DNA of 64,000 nucleotides from Cirrosporium novae-zelandiae (Eukaryota): NCBI GenBank assembly GCA_026023565.1, contig JAPETS010000032.1, positions 124,001 to 188,000 of the forward strand, read 5' to 3'. Shown piece by piece: positions 53,123 to 64,000 of this stretch (position 1 is its first letter; each line of letters starts with the position of its first letter). The notes under the pieces were generated by a model. It saw only the letters and a program-made list of their open reading frames with translations, ran no database searches and was not told where the DNA came from. The position numbers and the translations under genes were made by a program.

Positions 53123-53797
53123 TATTTGTTGAAGACTTGGCACGGCAATGGCGAATATATTTGAAAACCAGATGGAACAGTACCAAGTGTGCCAAGTATG
53201 GTGATATGAGTCAGCCACCGTTCCAAGTTCCCATCGTTCGAGGTAAATTTAATAGAAGACGAGTCAGGTGTAGTAATTAAGCCTGGGTATTACGAGCAAG
53301 AGGCTGTTGGACCAAAGTAATTCACAAGGGATCCGACTAATGTTTATTTTCCGGGAGGCTTTCTTGGGTTCCATCCCCTAAAGGCGTATATCAAGCAATG
53401 GCTAGAGGTCAACGAATGAAGACTCTCAAGCCATCTGTTCTTTTTGGACCAAATCTCCTCGAGCATCTCCGAAGTTGATGGATTTGCTTGAACAGTCCTA
53501 GGTCTAATAAAAATTCCTCTGCTTTCACGTCGACCTGGTTACGTAACATTCCATTCACGGATGCTCGACAGGAGTTCTTCCGAATCCTTGGTAGAGTAAA
53601 CATAGGCGCACTAGCTCTTCCACGTATGTGATCATCATCGTTGAAGTGCTAGACGATTACTGCACTGCTTGGATCCCGTGGGATACTGAAAAGCTCCCAT
53701 ACAATCATAGGTCCCGTAAGGAGCATTCATAAACTCAAGATAATCTTTGTCCCCTTTCATCTTATCCTCTTATAATACTCTAACTCTCATTTCTAGC

Positions 53798-53916
53798 ACA
53801 TATGACCACAGGCTGAGGAGAATTGGGCATCCCGTCCGCTCTGCCATACACAACCCTCAGACCGACCGGTTAGTAGTTGGGTCGGTGACGACCAGCGAAT
53901 ACCGGTTGTTGTATGT
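53798..53916 (+). rRNA. 5S rRNA, dispersed copy
   Basis: 119 nt: ACATATGACCAC...GGGCATCCCGTCCGCTCTGCC...GTTAGTAGTTGGGTCGGTGACGACCAGCGAATAC...GTTGTATGT. TATAAT at about -27 and an oligo-T terminator. Confidence 0.95.
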
Positions 53917-54146
53917 TTTCTTTTTGTCTTCGTTTTTAGCTAGCCCTTGAGCTTGTATTGATTGTCCGTAGTGGCGTGATAGCGAACCAGAAAATTTTTC
54001 TTTTTCAGTGATAAAACATTTCACTAATTCCAATCAGAATCCTTAGACTTTAGTTTTTAGAAGCCAAGTTAAATGATATATAAATCACACTGACAATCAG
54101 CCCTCCAATATTTTACAGTCCATTGAATGTCTCATCAGTAAAAAAG

Positions 54147-54218
54147 CGAGCATGCTGGGGATCGAACCCAGAATCTCCTGATTCGTAGTCAGGCGCCTTG
54201 CCATTTGGCCACACGCCC
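54147..54218 (-). tRNA. tRNA-Arg(ACG), intronless
   Basis: Reverse complement GGGCGTGTGGCCAAATGGCAAGGCGCCTGACTACGAATCAGGAGATTCTGGGTTCGATCCCCAGCATGCTCG, followed by T6. Confidence 0.95.
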
Positions 54219-54465
54219 TAGTCCATTGTTGAACACGGGTACTTCTGTTCCAATTGAACATTAAATAGTAGTGGTAACCAAGGCAGTATATGATTGGTTA
54301 GTGAACGAAGTGGATGCGAGTAGGTGAAGAACTCCTTCCGTACTACACCACCCCACCGATTTTTTTCTTGAGGATTTATGCGTTAAAGAAACACATATCA
54401 AACTCTAGGTCCATAGTGACTCGAGGGAAGAAAATTCAACGCCTGTGACATGGGGTTGGTCTTCC

Positions 54466-55161
54466 TCATTGCTTCTCATCATTCAATTGATTAACCTCGG
54501 GTGCCTTTCTACCCTTTCTCTCAATCCATGTCTTCACCTGCCTCTCCATTCCAGCCCAAATATTATTGTATTTTCCCCCTTCTGCAATCCCATCGCGTAC
54601 CCAAATCCCATAGGCTCCCATCGAATTAGCAAGAAGTATATCAGTAAACAGACGATCTCCAACGAATGCAATGTGTGACGGATGAGTAGGAACAGGTTTA
54701 TCGGGAGACGAAGGTAGAGAACGGAAATATGATAAAACTTGAGGAAGAAGAGAAGGATGAGGCTTTTGATAAGTATGAGGGAGGACAGGAATCCCATGAA
54801 ATGTCGTTATCGAGGAAGACGATGTACCAAGGCCAAGGGTATTAGAGAGCAGTACGACATGATATTTTTGTTGGAGTTCATGCAGCTTGTCCTGGGAACC
54901 AAGGTTAGTTGTTGTGAGTAGCATCAATCAAACATGTCTGTAGTTATGTCAACATACTACCAGCGGAGGATATATCTCTTGAGCATGTGGAACGGTAATA
55001 CAATTATCCTTATCTAGAACAAGCGCGCGTACGGATGTGAGGGGAACAATGAGGGGAACTTGAAGAGAGAGTAAGGTTGGTACTGTAACGTGAGGAAGAA
55101 CTTGATTTGGAGATTGTACAAGTGCTTTAATTGTAGACGTGATCCCTGGTAGGTTGAACAT
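54466..55161 (-). CDS. GEP4: Mitochondrial phosphatidylglycerophosphatase (HAD IIIA); exons 55161-54958 and 54891-54466
   Basis: Motifs MFNLPG...LPHVTVPT, VRALVLDKDNCITVP, LLSNTLG, H..QKP and IAFVGDRLFTDILLANSMG. Confidence 0.9.
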
Positions 55162-55469
55162 TGTTGATGAGAGATATAAAGCGAAGAGGTGAAGTTTAGG
55201 TACAGTACATGTAATTAGATCGTTGGAATTAATTATTTGGAGCTTGGGGAAGCTTGGATTGGCGAGCCCAATCGGCATCGGCCAACGGGGATTTGAATGC
55301 GGTGTGTTTTTCGAACCATCCAGCGAGCTTTAAATCTATAATTCAAGAAGTCCCTCTAGAAAACATAACTACAACCACAACCACAACCACAACAAACTTA
55401 CCTTCGCTCGATCTTATTACAATTCCCTCACTAAACCCTTCAGTTGCCATAATATATTAACCTCCGACA

Positions 55470-56430
55470 ATGACAAGCACCATTGGCATTCCCATCAAGT
55501 TACTCAATGAGGCGCAAGTACGTATTATACCAGGTCTTTATTGCACCATCACCAGTGTGTGATATTATACCATTAAACCACTAACCCACTCCTGTTTTTC
55601 TCCCTTCGCTAAACCGTATTCCTGTCTCATAGGCCTTAACTTTTGATAACTGCTTAAACCCTACTTCGAAGAGTTAGCTAATACTGAACCATAGGGCCAT
55701 GTTGTGACATTAGAAATTACGAGCGGCCAGGTATACCGTGGTAAATTACTTGAAGGTGCGTCTTTGATATATTATTTTCCAGGCATTGGGATCTTGTCCT
55801 TCGATCGTATATCTATGGCAACTATGAATTTTGCTTTCATTGCCAGAGGATCTGATTATACCCAACCATCTACGACAGAGGCGACTACACTATTTTGCTT
55901 CCTCATGATGAGAAAGGTCCCATTTACTTCTCTCAAGTTCTGTATAGCGGCACGGCACCATCATCGGTCTGTTACATTATACCACTAAAACACCCTTTGA
56001 TGATTGCGCCTTTGGGTTTAGATCGGGCCTAATCTATGTTGGCGTTGTCGCTCTTTTAGCGAGAGTAATGTCCTCTCTCGACTACCAATGCTTTTCTCTC
56101 ACCAAAAATCCCACTTAGCCTCGAGACTCTTTTTTCCCTTCCGAGCCGCATATTTTCGATAGAACGCAGCTAACATCAATTTTCACACCCATAGCCGAAG
56201 ATAACATGAATGTCCAGTTAAAGGACATAACTGTAACCGCGCGCGACGGCCGTGTCTCCCATCTTGACCAGGTGTACATTCGAGGCAGCCACGTTAGATT
56301 TTTCATTGTACCGGACATGCTGAGAAATGCACCTATGTTCCGTTCGAGGGGCCAAAAGGGCCGAGGTGTTGGACTGGCGAGAGGAAGGGCGACAGTTAAC
56401 AGAGCCAGAGGACAAAGAGGTGGGCGGTGA
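55470..56430 (+). CDS. SMD3: Small nuclear ribonucleoprotein Sm D3; exons 55470-55517, 55695-55755, 56195-56430
   Basis: Spliced product [85 protein letters not shown] with an RG-rich tail. Confidence 0.96.
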
Positions 56431-56883
56431 ATATAATGCGTTAGGAAGCATATGGTTATATGGATTGTGGAATATGAACTCGCCCAAAAGCGTGGTCGGA
56501 ATCGACGACACAAACTAAATATGGGGAGGTCTTTAATGACAGAACAAAGGTTGATGGTTGAACTACATCTAGTCTACTTGACGCTGCTATGCTCAAAATG
56601 TATATGGCGATGGCCAGTAACACAGCAAGAGCAATTATTGTTCTTGAATTGAGGCAGGGAATGACTTTTCCAGCTTCCATAGCTCGTCTATGATATATCA
56701 ATAAATGCCATCATCTTTCGCCAAGCACTTACTTTTTACATATATTATATCTAACTCAAATAATCAGGCATTATTCCAATTATATTTAGTCATTTTAGAG
56801 AACCCAATTTAACTCGTCTACCATTGTATATAATGACCCCACATCAATAAGGCGCATAAACACCCCACCATACATCCCCGAAC

Positions 56884-58249
56884 ATGGAAATTCGCAATCC
56901 CCGTCGTCTGCTCGTCCTTGGGCATGGCCAAGACTCGGGTATCTTAACGCTTCTGAAAGGCAAGTCTAGACTGCTTACACTCATCCTTTTACAGGAACTA
57001 GAGCTATTAACCTTTATTCTACTCACAGATCTCACGGGCTCGACTCCCATCCTTGAACCCTCCTCCCCCACCTCATCACACGAGCCCCCGCAACAGCAAT
57101 CCTTAGCTGGCCTTTCACATGAATACGAGATTTCAACACCATACTATAAAGCGACGGTTCCGATATGGATTGATGAAATAGTAGCTGAGCGTGATAAAAA
57201 GATAGGAGACACGGGGGCTGCAAGTGAAGAGGTATCGAAGAAGGACAAAGAAGATGAGGGCTTGGACAAGGGAGATATATTGAGATGGAAAGAGGAGTTT
57301 ATGAAAGAGGAGGCAGGAGAGGTTGTTAAAGCAGTTGGTGGGTGGGTGGTGTGTTTTCGACATGGGGAGGAGGTAGGCTGCTTTTCCATGTCTTTCCGCT
57401 TACAATGTCTATATGATATGATAGATCGAGTTCTCTTGCTCAAGGAAATATTCATATATACATGGAGCAATTCTATATACCTCATCTGTGGCTACATTTT
57501 GGACATCGCCTTACAGGCAACAACAATCCCATACTAATGCTCGGCCTCACAGGTCCAAATAATAACCCATGTCCTCCAATCCATCCGCTCCGTAATTGAG
57601 CACCACCTCCCCTCCTTCGATGGTACCTGTCTCGCTGTTCTTGTCCCTCATGTCCCCACAAACTTCTCTCAGGCTCCCTTGTCAACCTCCCCACTTACCG
57701 AAGACGATATCGACGACGTCTCCCTCCACACAAGTTTCGAACTCCTCGATCTTTCCCTCGGAGCTACGGGCACTCGCAACGAATACGGGGAATTACAAGG
57801 CCTGCCACGCTTAAAGGAAGCTCTGGAGGCCAACTCATGGGCGTCCTCTAGAAGGCCACTTGCAGAGGCGCTTGAGGATTCAATGGGTAAGAGTGACGAG
57901 GGAAGTGTAGACGATGATGAAGATGCGATATTTAAGCATTCAGCTAGCGCAGACGAGATTGAGAGGGAGATGATGGGATTACATTTTTCGGTAAGGGGTG
58001 AGGATGGGGAAGATGGGGAAGATGGGGAGGGAGGTGAGGTGGAAAAGTTGGAGAGTACGCTTTTGAGATTACAGGCTGTGAGAGGTGAGTTGAAGCTCTG
58101 TCCCTCTTTTGTTTTTTTATTTCACAGTGCGAATGATTTACCATCGGAGCTGATATGTGCGCTATTTAGACATGGGTGCAGACCTGCCTATGCACGAACG
58201 GAGAAAGGTTGCTGCCAAGGCAGTAGAGGAAGTTATGAAGACATTGTGA
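56884..58249 (+). CDS. IRC6: Alpha/gamma-adaptin-binding protein p34 / Irc6; exons 56884-56959, 57029-57372, 57553-58084, 58170-58249
   Basis: Motifs MEIRNPRRLLVLG, LLKDLTGS, H.YEISTPYYKATVPIWIDE, RNEYGELQGLPRLKEALEANSW and LQAVRDMGADLP..ERRKVAAKAV. The first intron is GC-AG. Confidence 0.85.
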
Positions 58250-58862
58250 TTGTTTGAACAAGTAATTAAACGTTCTCGAATAGTCCCATAAAATCAAAAC
58301 AGCTTTGCATCTTTTTTAATAGGGAATTCCCAATTTCAATTTTCTAATGAAATGAATCTCTGTGAACTGGACTAATTTTCATGTCCCCTTTGTTGAAAGG
58401 TAACTAACTTCCTCCTCTACAATACAATACAAAATTGATGGATATAAAAAATACCGTATTGTTTCACCCAACCATAATCACCACACTCGGCTTCTTCCCA
58501 TCGTGTCCAAACTCAGCAGGCATGTTTTCGTTTGTAAACTAGATATCCCTTGTTGTCCTTTCTTCCTCGTAGGCGGAATCTCTCTATCGTCCATGAGAAA
58601 GTTTATACTTAGGAAAGTATGAATTACTCTCTTTGTGAGGAATGATCGCTGCGAGATCTGCGGCTAGATTTAAAACGACTCTCTGACACTCTTCTGCACC
58701 TAGACCCGGACACTGCTCTCCTTAGATGGGGGTTAAGACAACCTGTTCTTATAACTTTAGCTGAAACAAACTTATTAGTAGAAGACTTAGGATCTTGGGA
58801 AGTGGTAATATTTTTGAATACGAAGGTACTGTTTGGCTGGAGGTTTCTAAGGGAATGCTCGA

Positions 58863-60185
58863 TCACATATCAATGGCCGCGCTATTTGCGGCCATTATAA
58901 ACCGATCTCGTTGTTCTTTTGCCCAGTCTCTAGCATTTCTAAAAGCGCTGACTCCCTCCCGAAAAGACTCGGGATTACTTGTTAACGATAAGCTGCTTAG
59001 CTGGTTCATATGATAATCAGTGAATCTTCCAGGATCAGTTGATCGTGTGGGATGGATAGTAAACAGCTTAAGCGTGCCGTCATGGTAAGTCGAGACGATC
59101 GTGTAGGCATTATTGTCATAATTTAGGTTATTTCCGTATGATTGAAGTTGAAGCATCGCTCGGGCGCCCAATGTACCATCATAGAATGCTTGTCGCTTGG
59201 CTACAGTGGGGGATCCATCAACGCCTTTCCCTTCAGTAAAAAAATTCGGCAAAATAGGAGCCTGACGTTGCGTTGATGGGATAATATACGAATTCAGTTC
59301 TTTTCGAACTTGCCAATTGAGCTGGTCCACGCGAGCTCCGTCATATAAATCTGGTCTCGCATTCACAATCCCATCCGCAAACGGTTTTAGGTTCCTAAAC
59401 AGTGTATCTTCGTCGTAAAAAATATCGGCATCTCCTCGGATAATAGAAAATAGTGAACCTATCGTTTTTCTTTCATTTGAAGCATCTCTTTCTTTCTGGA
59501 TAAAATCATCAAATACCCTATCAAAAAAAGGCGAAGAAGACAGCGATGCTCGTGAAGGATTCAGGGCATTCTGAATTTCATTCCAATTATTAGGTTTTGG
59601 AGGATAACGACCGTCAGGATGGCGATATTTTTCGGGATAGGAGCCATGATCAATCATAATTTGCTCAAAGTTAGGGTCATAGGTAGAAGATTTCTTTTCT
59701 GTATTTGTTTTGGTTGTAGCTTGGGGGGGAATGTCGGCAGATTGAGCTCCAGGCGGCATCGTGAAAGGGTACTTAAGAAACGATTAGCAAACAATTAAAT
59801 AAATCATATACTGGCGAAACATTACTCCTCTAATATCGCAAAGATCAGGGCCGCCGCTTCTAGCAAAAGATTTTAACTTATCCAGCTCCAAGTCTTTTAT
59901 AACTGGCAGGGTTTTTTCCTCGTTGCGGAGAATTGTGTAGGTAGGTCTAGGAGTCCGCCGGTTATGTTCTTCCAAAGCACGCCGAGTAAGCCACACCTTT
60001 GAAAGGTTATCCCAAAATGTCGTGGGCGGGTATTGTTTGGATACAGGACGAATATATGTGCTTGATTTGGGCGTTTTGGGAGGATACTGCTCAGTTTGAG
60101 ATACTGGAGTGTTTTTGTAATGATCCTCTTCTGTGAACCGTTGTTTCTTCCGACCGCGATATTCTGAATCTAGTGTCGTATGCAT
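58863..60185 (-). CDS. Fungal PD-(D/E)xK-like nuclease-fold hypothetical protein, possibly 3'-truncated; exons 60185-59826 and 59771-58863
   Basis: Motifs FWDNLSKVWLTRRALEEHNRR, FARSGGPDLCDIRG|YP, SSTYDPNFEQ, ARPDLYDGA, PNFFTEGKG and AKRQAFYDGTLGARAM, recalled from a widespread accessory fungal family. Confidence 0.7.
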
Positions 60186-60606
60186 CAGGCCAAGTTGATT
60201 AGTGTAAGAGAGAAGATATATCCAAGAGAGTGGTAGTGGTTATAGCTTGAATCGCATATGGGAATGAAGGATTGATTGATTCACCTGAGAAAGTTGTGTT
60301 CTAGAAAGAAACACACAAGGGCGCCATACAGACAATAAAATGAATCATCATGAGAAAGAAACACAGAAACACGCACGCATCAGGCAGGCACGTAGGTGAA
60401 AGAAAAAACCGCCCTGGCAAATTTAACTCCTTAGATGTTTATCATTAAACATTTTTTAAAATAATTATAACAACTTTAAATGTTAGTTTAACACTGATTT
60501 ATTAACTTGCTATCACCAACTGTAGTTGGGAATGGTAAAGAAATAATTTACGAATGCGGCCGAGGGAGGGTCGAATGTTTAGGTAAAAAATGAAAGCGGA
60601 CTTTGG

Positions 60607-60666
60607 GGGTGAGTGGCATGTTTGAATGTGCACTCGTGAATGCACATTCAAACATGCCACTCACCC
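60607..60666. repeat. Perfect 26-bp inverted repeat with 8-nt spacer
   Basis: GGGTGAGTGGCATGTTTGAATGTGCA-CTCGTGAA-TGCACATTCAAACATGCCACTCACCC. Confidence 0.95.
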
Positions 60667-62680
60667 TCGGGCCTTTAAACAATAATAAAAACAAAACAAA
60701 ACAAAACAGAAATTCTATATGTTTAATATAATTACACGGGGATACTGTACCAGGATCTCGATTAGGGTAAACGGCTCACGTGTTTTATAATTACTACTAT
60801 ACTGTAATTACTTAGATAATTAAAATGAAAAAAATATAATTATCTAATCAAGTAGTTTGACTTAATGATCAATACAAATGCTAAAGAATGCCAAAGTATA
60901 GACTGTACACACATATCCATCATTTTTCTGTATATATAACGATTATATCGTATGTATTAACGAGAATACCATATTTTGTCTAATACTGTTGTTTATGATG
61001 ATGAGAGGTACTCACGACTCCCTCTAAACAAAACAAAATAGGACATTCATCCGTGGTCCAGATTTACTAAGTTCGATCAAGAGCTTTTCTTACCTGAGAG
61101 CAATCGACATTTGGTGAAAGTGAATCATTGTCCAGCTCCAGGTCGGTTACGTTAGAGGGCCTCTTTCGACCCACTCCTGGGATTGAGAGAACAAGGGATT
61201 GGAAGTATTGGCAACAGGACACGCAATTGGTAGCACAGAGGTGATGATGGCCATGGTATTGAATCCTCCGTTGCGTTTTTTGATCCCTGATTTAGAGAAC
61301 TAGAAGGGGTTTCAGGATACGATGATAATAATAGGAGGTGCGTTTAACAGTCGCCGACAAACAAAAATAGGAGAAAACTTCAAATGATTGGTTATGGAGG
61401 AAGGCAATATAATGAGGAGAGATGATGATGATGCAAAGCACAATAAGGCCTCCTCCATATGTCCCTTATTACTGGTTCTAGACAAAATTTGTACATGTAC
61501 CATGTACAACAGGTACACGGCCAGACCGATTGGATAGATAGGCCAGAACGAAGGCGAAAAAAACTGAAGAAGACCATTAATTAGGGTATAAAACCAAGAG
61601 AGAGTAAAAAAATTCGAATCGAAATAAATGAAAAAAGGTTCAGCCCAGACCGACCACCTACAATATGCCAATGACCAAATTTTTGGTAAAGCCAGCTTCC
61701 CGGGTCGTTGTCTAAATCTAGGGGCAGTTACGTTACTCAAGATGATGATGAGATAAAACAGGTGCGCAGCGAAGGCTCATATTATAACTCACATTATGAC
61801 TCACATCACTAGGCTTCTCGATCTCGCCAAGTGCTGTCCTGTCCGTGGCTAGATTTGTAGCTGCCGTGTATGAATTGGAAAGGACTTGCCAGAACCCTGA
61901 CCCACGTTTCTTTATATTGATACTTTTCTATCCATGCAAAACCAGATTCCCAAAGGACTAGTACGTTCGGCCCGATAAAGGGGGCGGTTGGCTAGTCCAG
62001 GAGTCCGATCGCCGAATTTATTTGTGAGAGATTCGTGTGATGTAATCGATAAAAGAGTTTAGGCGTGATGGAAATATATTAGATGAACAGAGAGTACCTG
62101 ATGAAGTGGCGGGTTGATATTGTCACCTTCGAAGTGAAATGTAGGGGGGGGGGAAGGGACTTTACATTTATGAACCACTCTACTACGGTCAGTCATCTGC
62201 TAATCTGGCTTACCTTGGAATAAAGTTGAATGCAATATATCTAGAGTTGATGATGCTGCAAGTGTTAAATAGAGAACCGTTAAATAGAGAACCGTCAAAA
62301 TATAGTTCCCACTCAGTATAAGCGTAGTAGCTTTATTATTAGATCCTAAGATCACTTTTCTGAGTTTATTTTTTGGGGTCTGGTCGCTTTTGTTCTTATT
62401 TATCAAAAGTAGATTATCATTCTCAGTGAATGGTCACTCTGGGCAAAAGATGATTCAGTACTGGAGAATGATACAGTGATTTCCTGTTGGCTTCTGCCTA
62501 CTCTAGTCATGGTGAACCGCATCGCAAATGAGGTTCAACAGTAGGACAACCAGGAACCTTTAAAAACAAACCTGTTCACTAAGCAACAGCCTTCAGCTAT
62601 CTCATCAAAATCAACATCAAGACTACCACCGTCATTCTTCGCCATAATATGGCCAAACAATTTCTATTCTCAAACTGACA

Positions 62681-63201
62681 ATGTCGAAACAACCAACCCT
62701 AACTATGCCTCCAGAAAGCTTTATTAATTCCCCCTTGATTCAACCCCCCGCAGGGAGTAAACTCTCCAAACCTTCGAGCCGAGTGTCCAACGTCATCCGA
62801 CACCTTCAACTTCGAAAGGCCGGGAACGACCTTATGGGCCAGCTGTGGATCGTCTTTCAGCTCCTCCCTGGCGATTTTGAACAACTGATAGCACTTATTA
62901 AGGCTAATGAGCCATTGTGGGGCTTCTTAGAGGATAAAAGATGGTATGAATATTCTGTAACTTTTTGTATCCGCGTATGCTGAGCTTTGCTTACTTCACT
63001 ATTGTAATTAGATACGATTACTTTTCAAGCAGCGATCGCTTCGTCATTCGGATGCGTTCGAATACATATGAGTACTTCTTAGCTATGCTTGTTCCCGAAA
63101 TCCACAATCAGTTGGGGAAAATTGCAGCTCGGACGGGCGAGGCAGCGGAGTTTGCAAGGCACAACGCCAAATACTCAGTAGCTTTGATGGATTATTATTA
63201 A
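62681..63201 (+). pseudogene. Truncated pseudogene of a fungal accessory family (EDKIRYDY...FVIRMP..HE type); intron 62944-63011
   Basis: PPESFINSPL.QPP and LWGFLEDKR, then YDYFSSSDRFVIRMRSNTYEYF. Splicing at GTATGA...TAG gives TG|A, a stop where Arg is expected. The sequence decays into AT-rich DNA after about 63170. Confidence 0.6.
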
Positions 63202-64000
63202 ATAACGATACCATACATACTGTTAAGGCATGCTAAGTCTCGGCAAAAAGCGCCTAAGCGTACTATAGCACGCTTAACACACGCGCGCGCGGCAACAATC
63301 TTTTTTTTATATGTAAAGGAAGAAACAAACGCTGACTGCCTTGATTGTTAATTTATTTATTTAGAATTGGTGTTCGATGTTTTCATATCTATATAAAAGA
63401 GATTTTTTGGGGGGGGGGGTTGTGATGATGTGAGTTGGTGGGAGGTGTGAGAAGGTGTGAGAGAAGATTAGGAGTGGGAGTAGGTGGATGGATTGAGTGA
63501 GGTATATGGTGGTGTATATATATAAAGTAGTGTATCATAGGTTTCTAATTCAATTGGTAGTAAAATAGTGAATAAAAGTAGTAGTAAGAGGAAAGGTAAA
63601 GTAAAAAGCCTCTTTTTTTTGATATTGAGGATCCTTTGGCTTGAGTTATCAATCAGAACACGTTAGGGTAGCTGGATAGATCAATACGTACATGTACATA
63701 CGTACGTACGTGTGTGCTAGAGAGACTTACGCATGACTCCCGCCCCTCTCTCCTCCACGTTCTTATCCCCGCTATCTCCTTGTTCGTTCTTTCATCTTTC
63801 ACCCCACTGACTCACCGACTCACTCACTCACGTATAATCTCCGCTACCTCCCCCTCAAACCGAGTTTCATACCCACCACGACAATCATCAGTAATGTCGC
63901 ACCAAGCAAAACTTCCTACACCCTCCTTTACCTCACATACCTACCCCAGTATATCGATCCCAGATCCTAGAAACTCTCAAAACTTGAATTCCCATTTCAT

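Noticed and set aside
55905..56194. C/D snoRNA in SmD3 intron 2 (ATGATGA C-box match)
   Set aside because: No CTGA D box downstream within the intron and no terminal stem.
39087..60397. AGGCACGTAGG present near both nuclease-type genes (about 39087 and 60386)
   Set aside because: Only 11 nt, with no extended similarity; compatible with chance in 64 kb.
61090..61740. Possible minus-strand exon (CAG...GTAAG) and a 142-aa hydrophobic ORF
   Set aside because: TTG start, low-complexity T-rich composition and no coherent gene model.
62263..62295. 15-bp tandem duplication (GTTAAATAGAGAACC x2), similar to GGATCTAGGGAT x2 near 52608
   Set aside because: Ordinary slippage duplications with no other supporting structure.

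Overview
Intron-containing genomic DNA from a filamentous ascomycete (Pezizomycotina). The backbone is conserved housekeeping genes: RRP5 (runs off the left edge), CDT2, an unsplit CAND1, a PLAC8 protein, Hobbit/BLTP2 (FMP27), a transglutaminase-like protein, a high-affinity glucose transporter, PFA3, TFIIIC tau138 (TFC3), GEP4, SmD3 and IRC6. A Pol III mini-cluster (tRNA-Pro with intron, dispersed 5S rRNA, tRNA-Arg) lies next to TFC3. Two accessory islands interrupt the backbone. Island 1 (about 34.4-41.8 kb) carries an intact SPOK-family gene (spore-killer type: coiled coil, nuclease, Cys cluster, kinase), a nested foldback element and a phosphotransferase pseudogene with RIP-type lesions. 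Island 2 (about 58.5-63.3 kb) carries a PD-(D/E)xK-like gene, a perfect 26-bp hairpin and a pseudogene. Best leads: the candidate meiotic-drive locus, a lone palindromic B-box in the TFC3 promoter (possible TFIIIC autoregulation), and a 10-bp-phased array of CreA-type sites upstream of the glucose transporter. All calls come from reading the sequence and from recalled family motifs. No searches were run, and exon boundaries are manual predictions.
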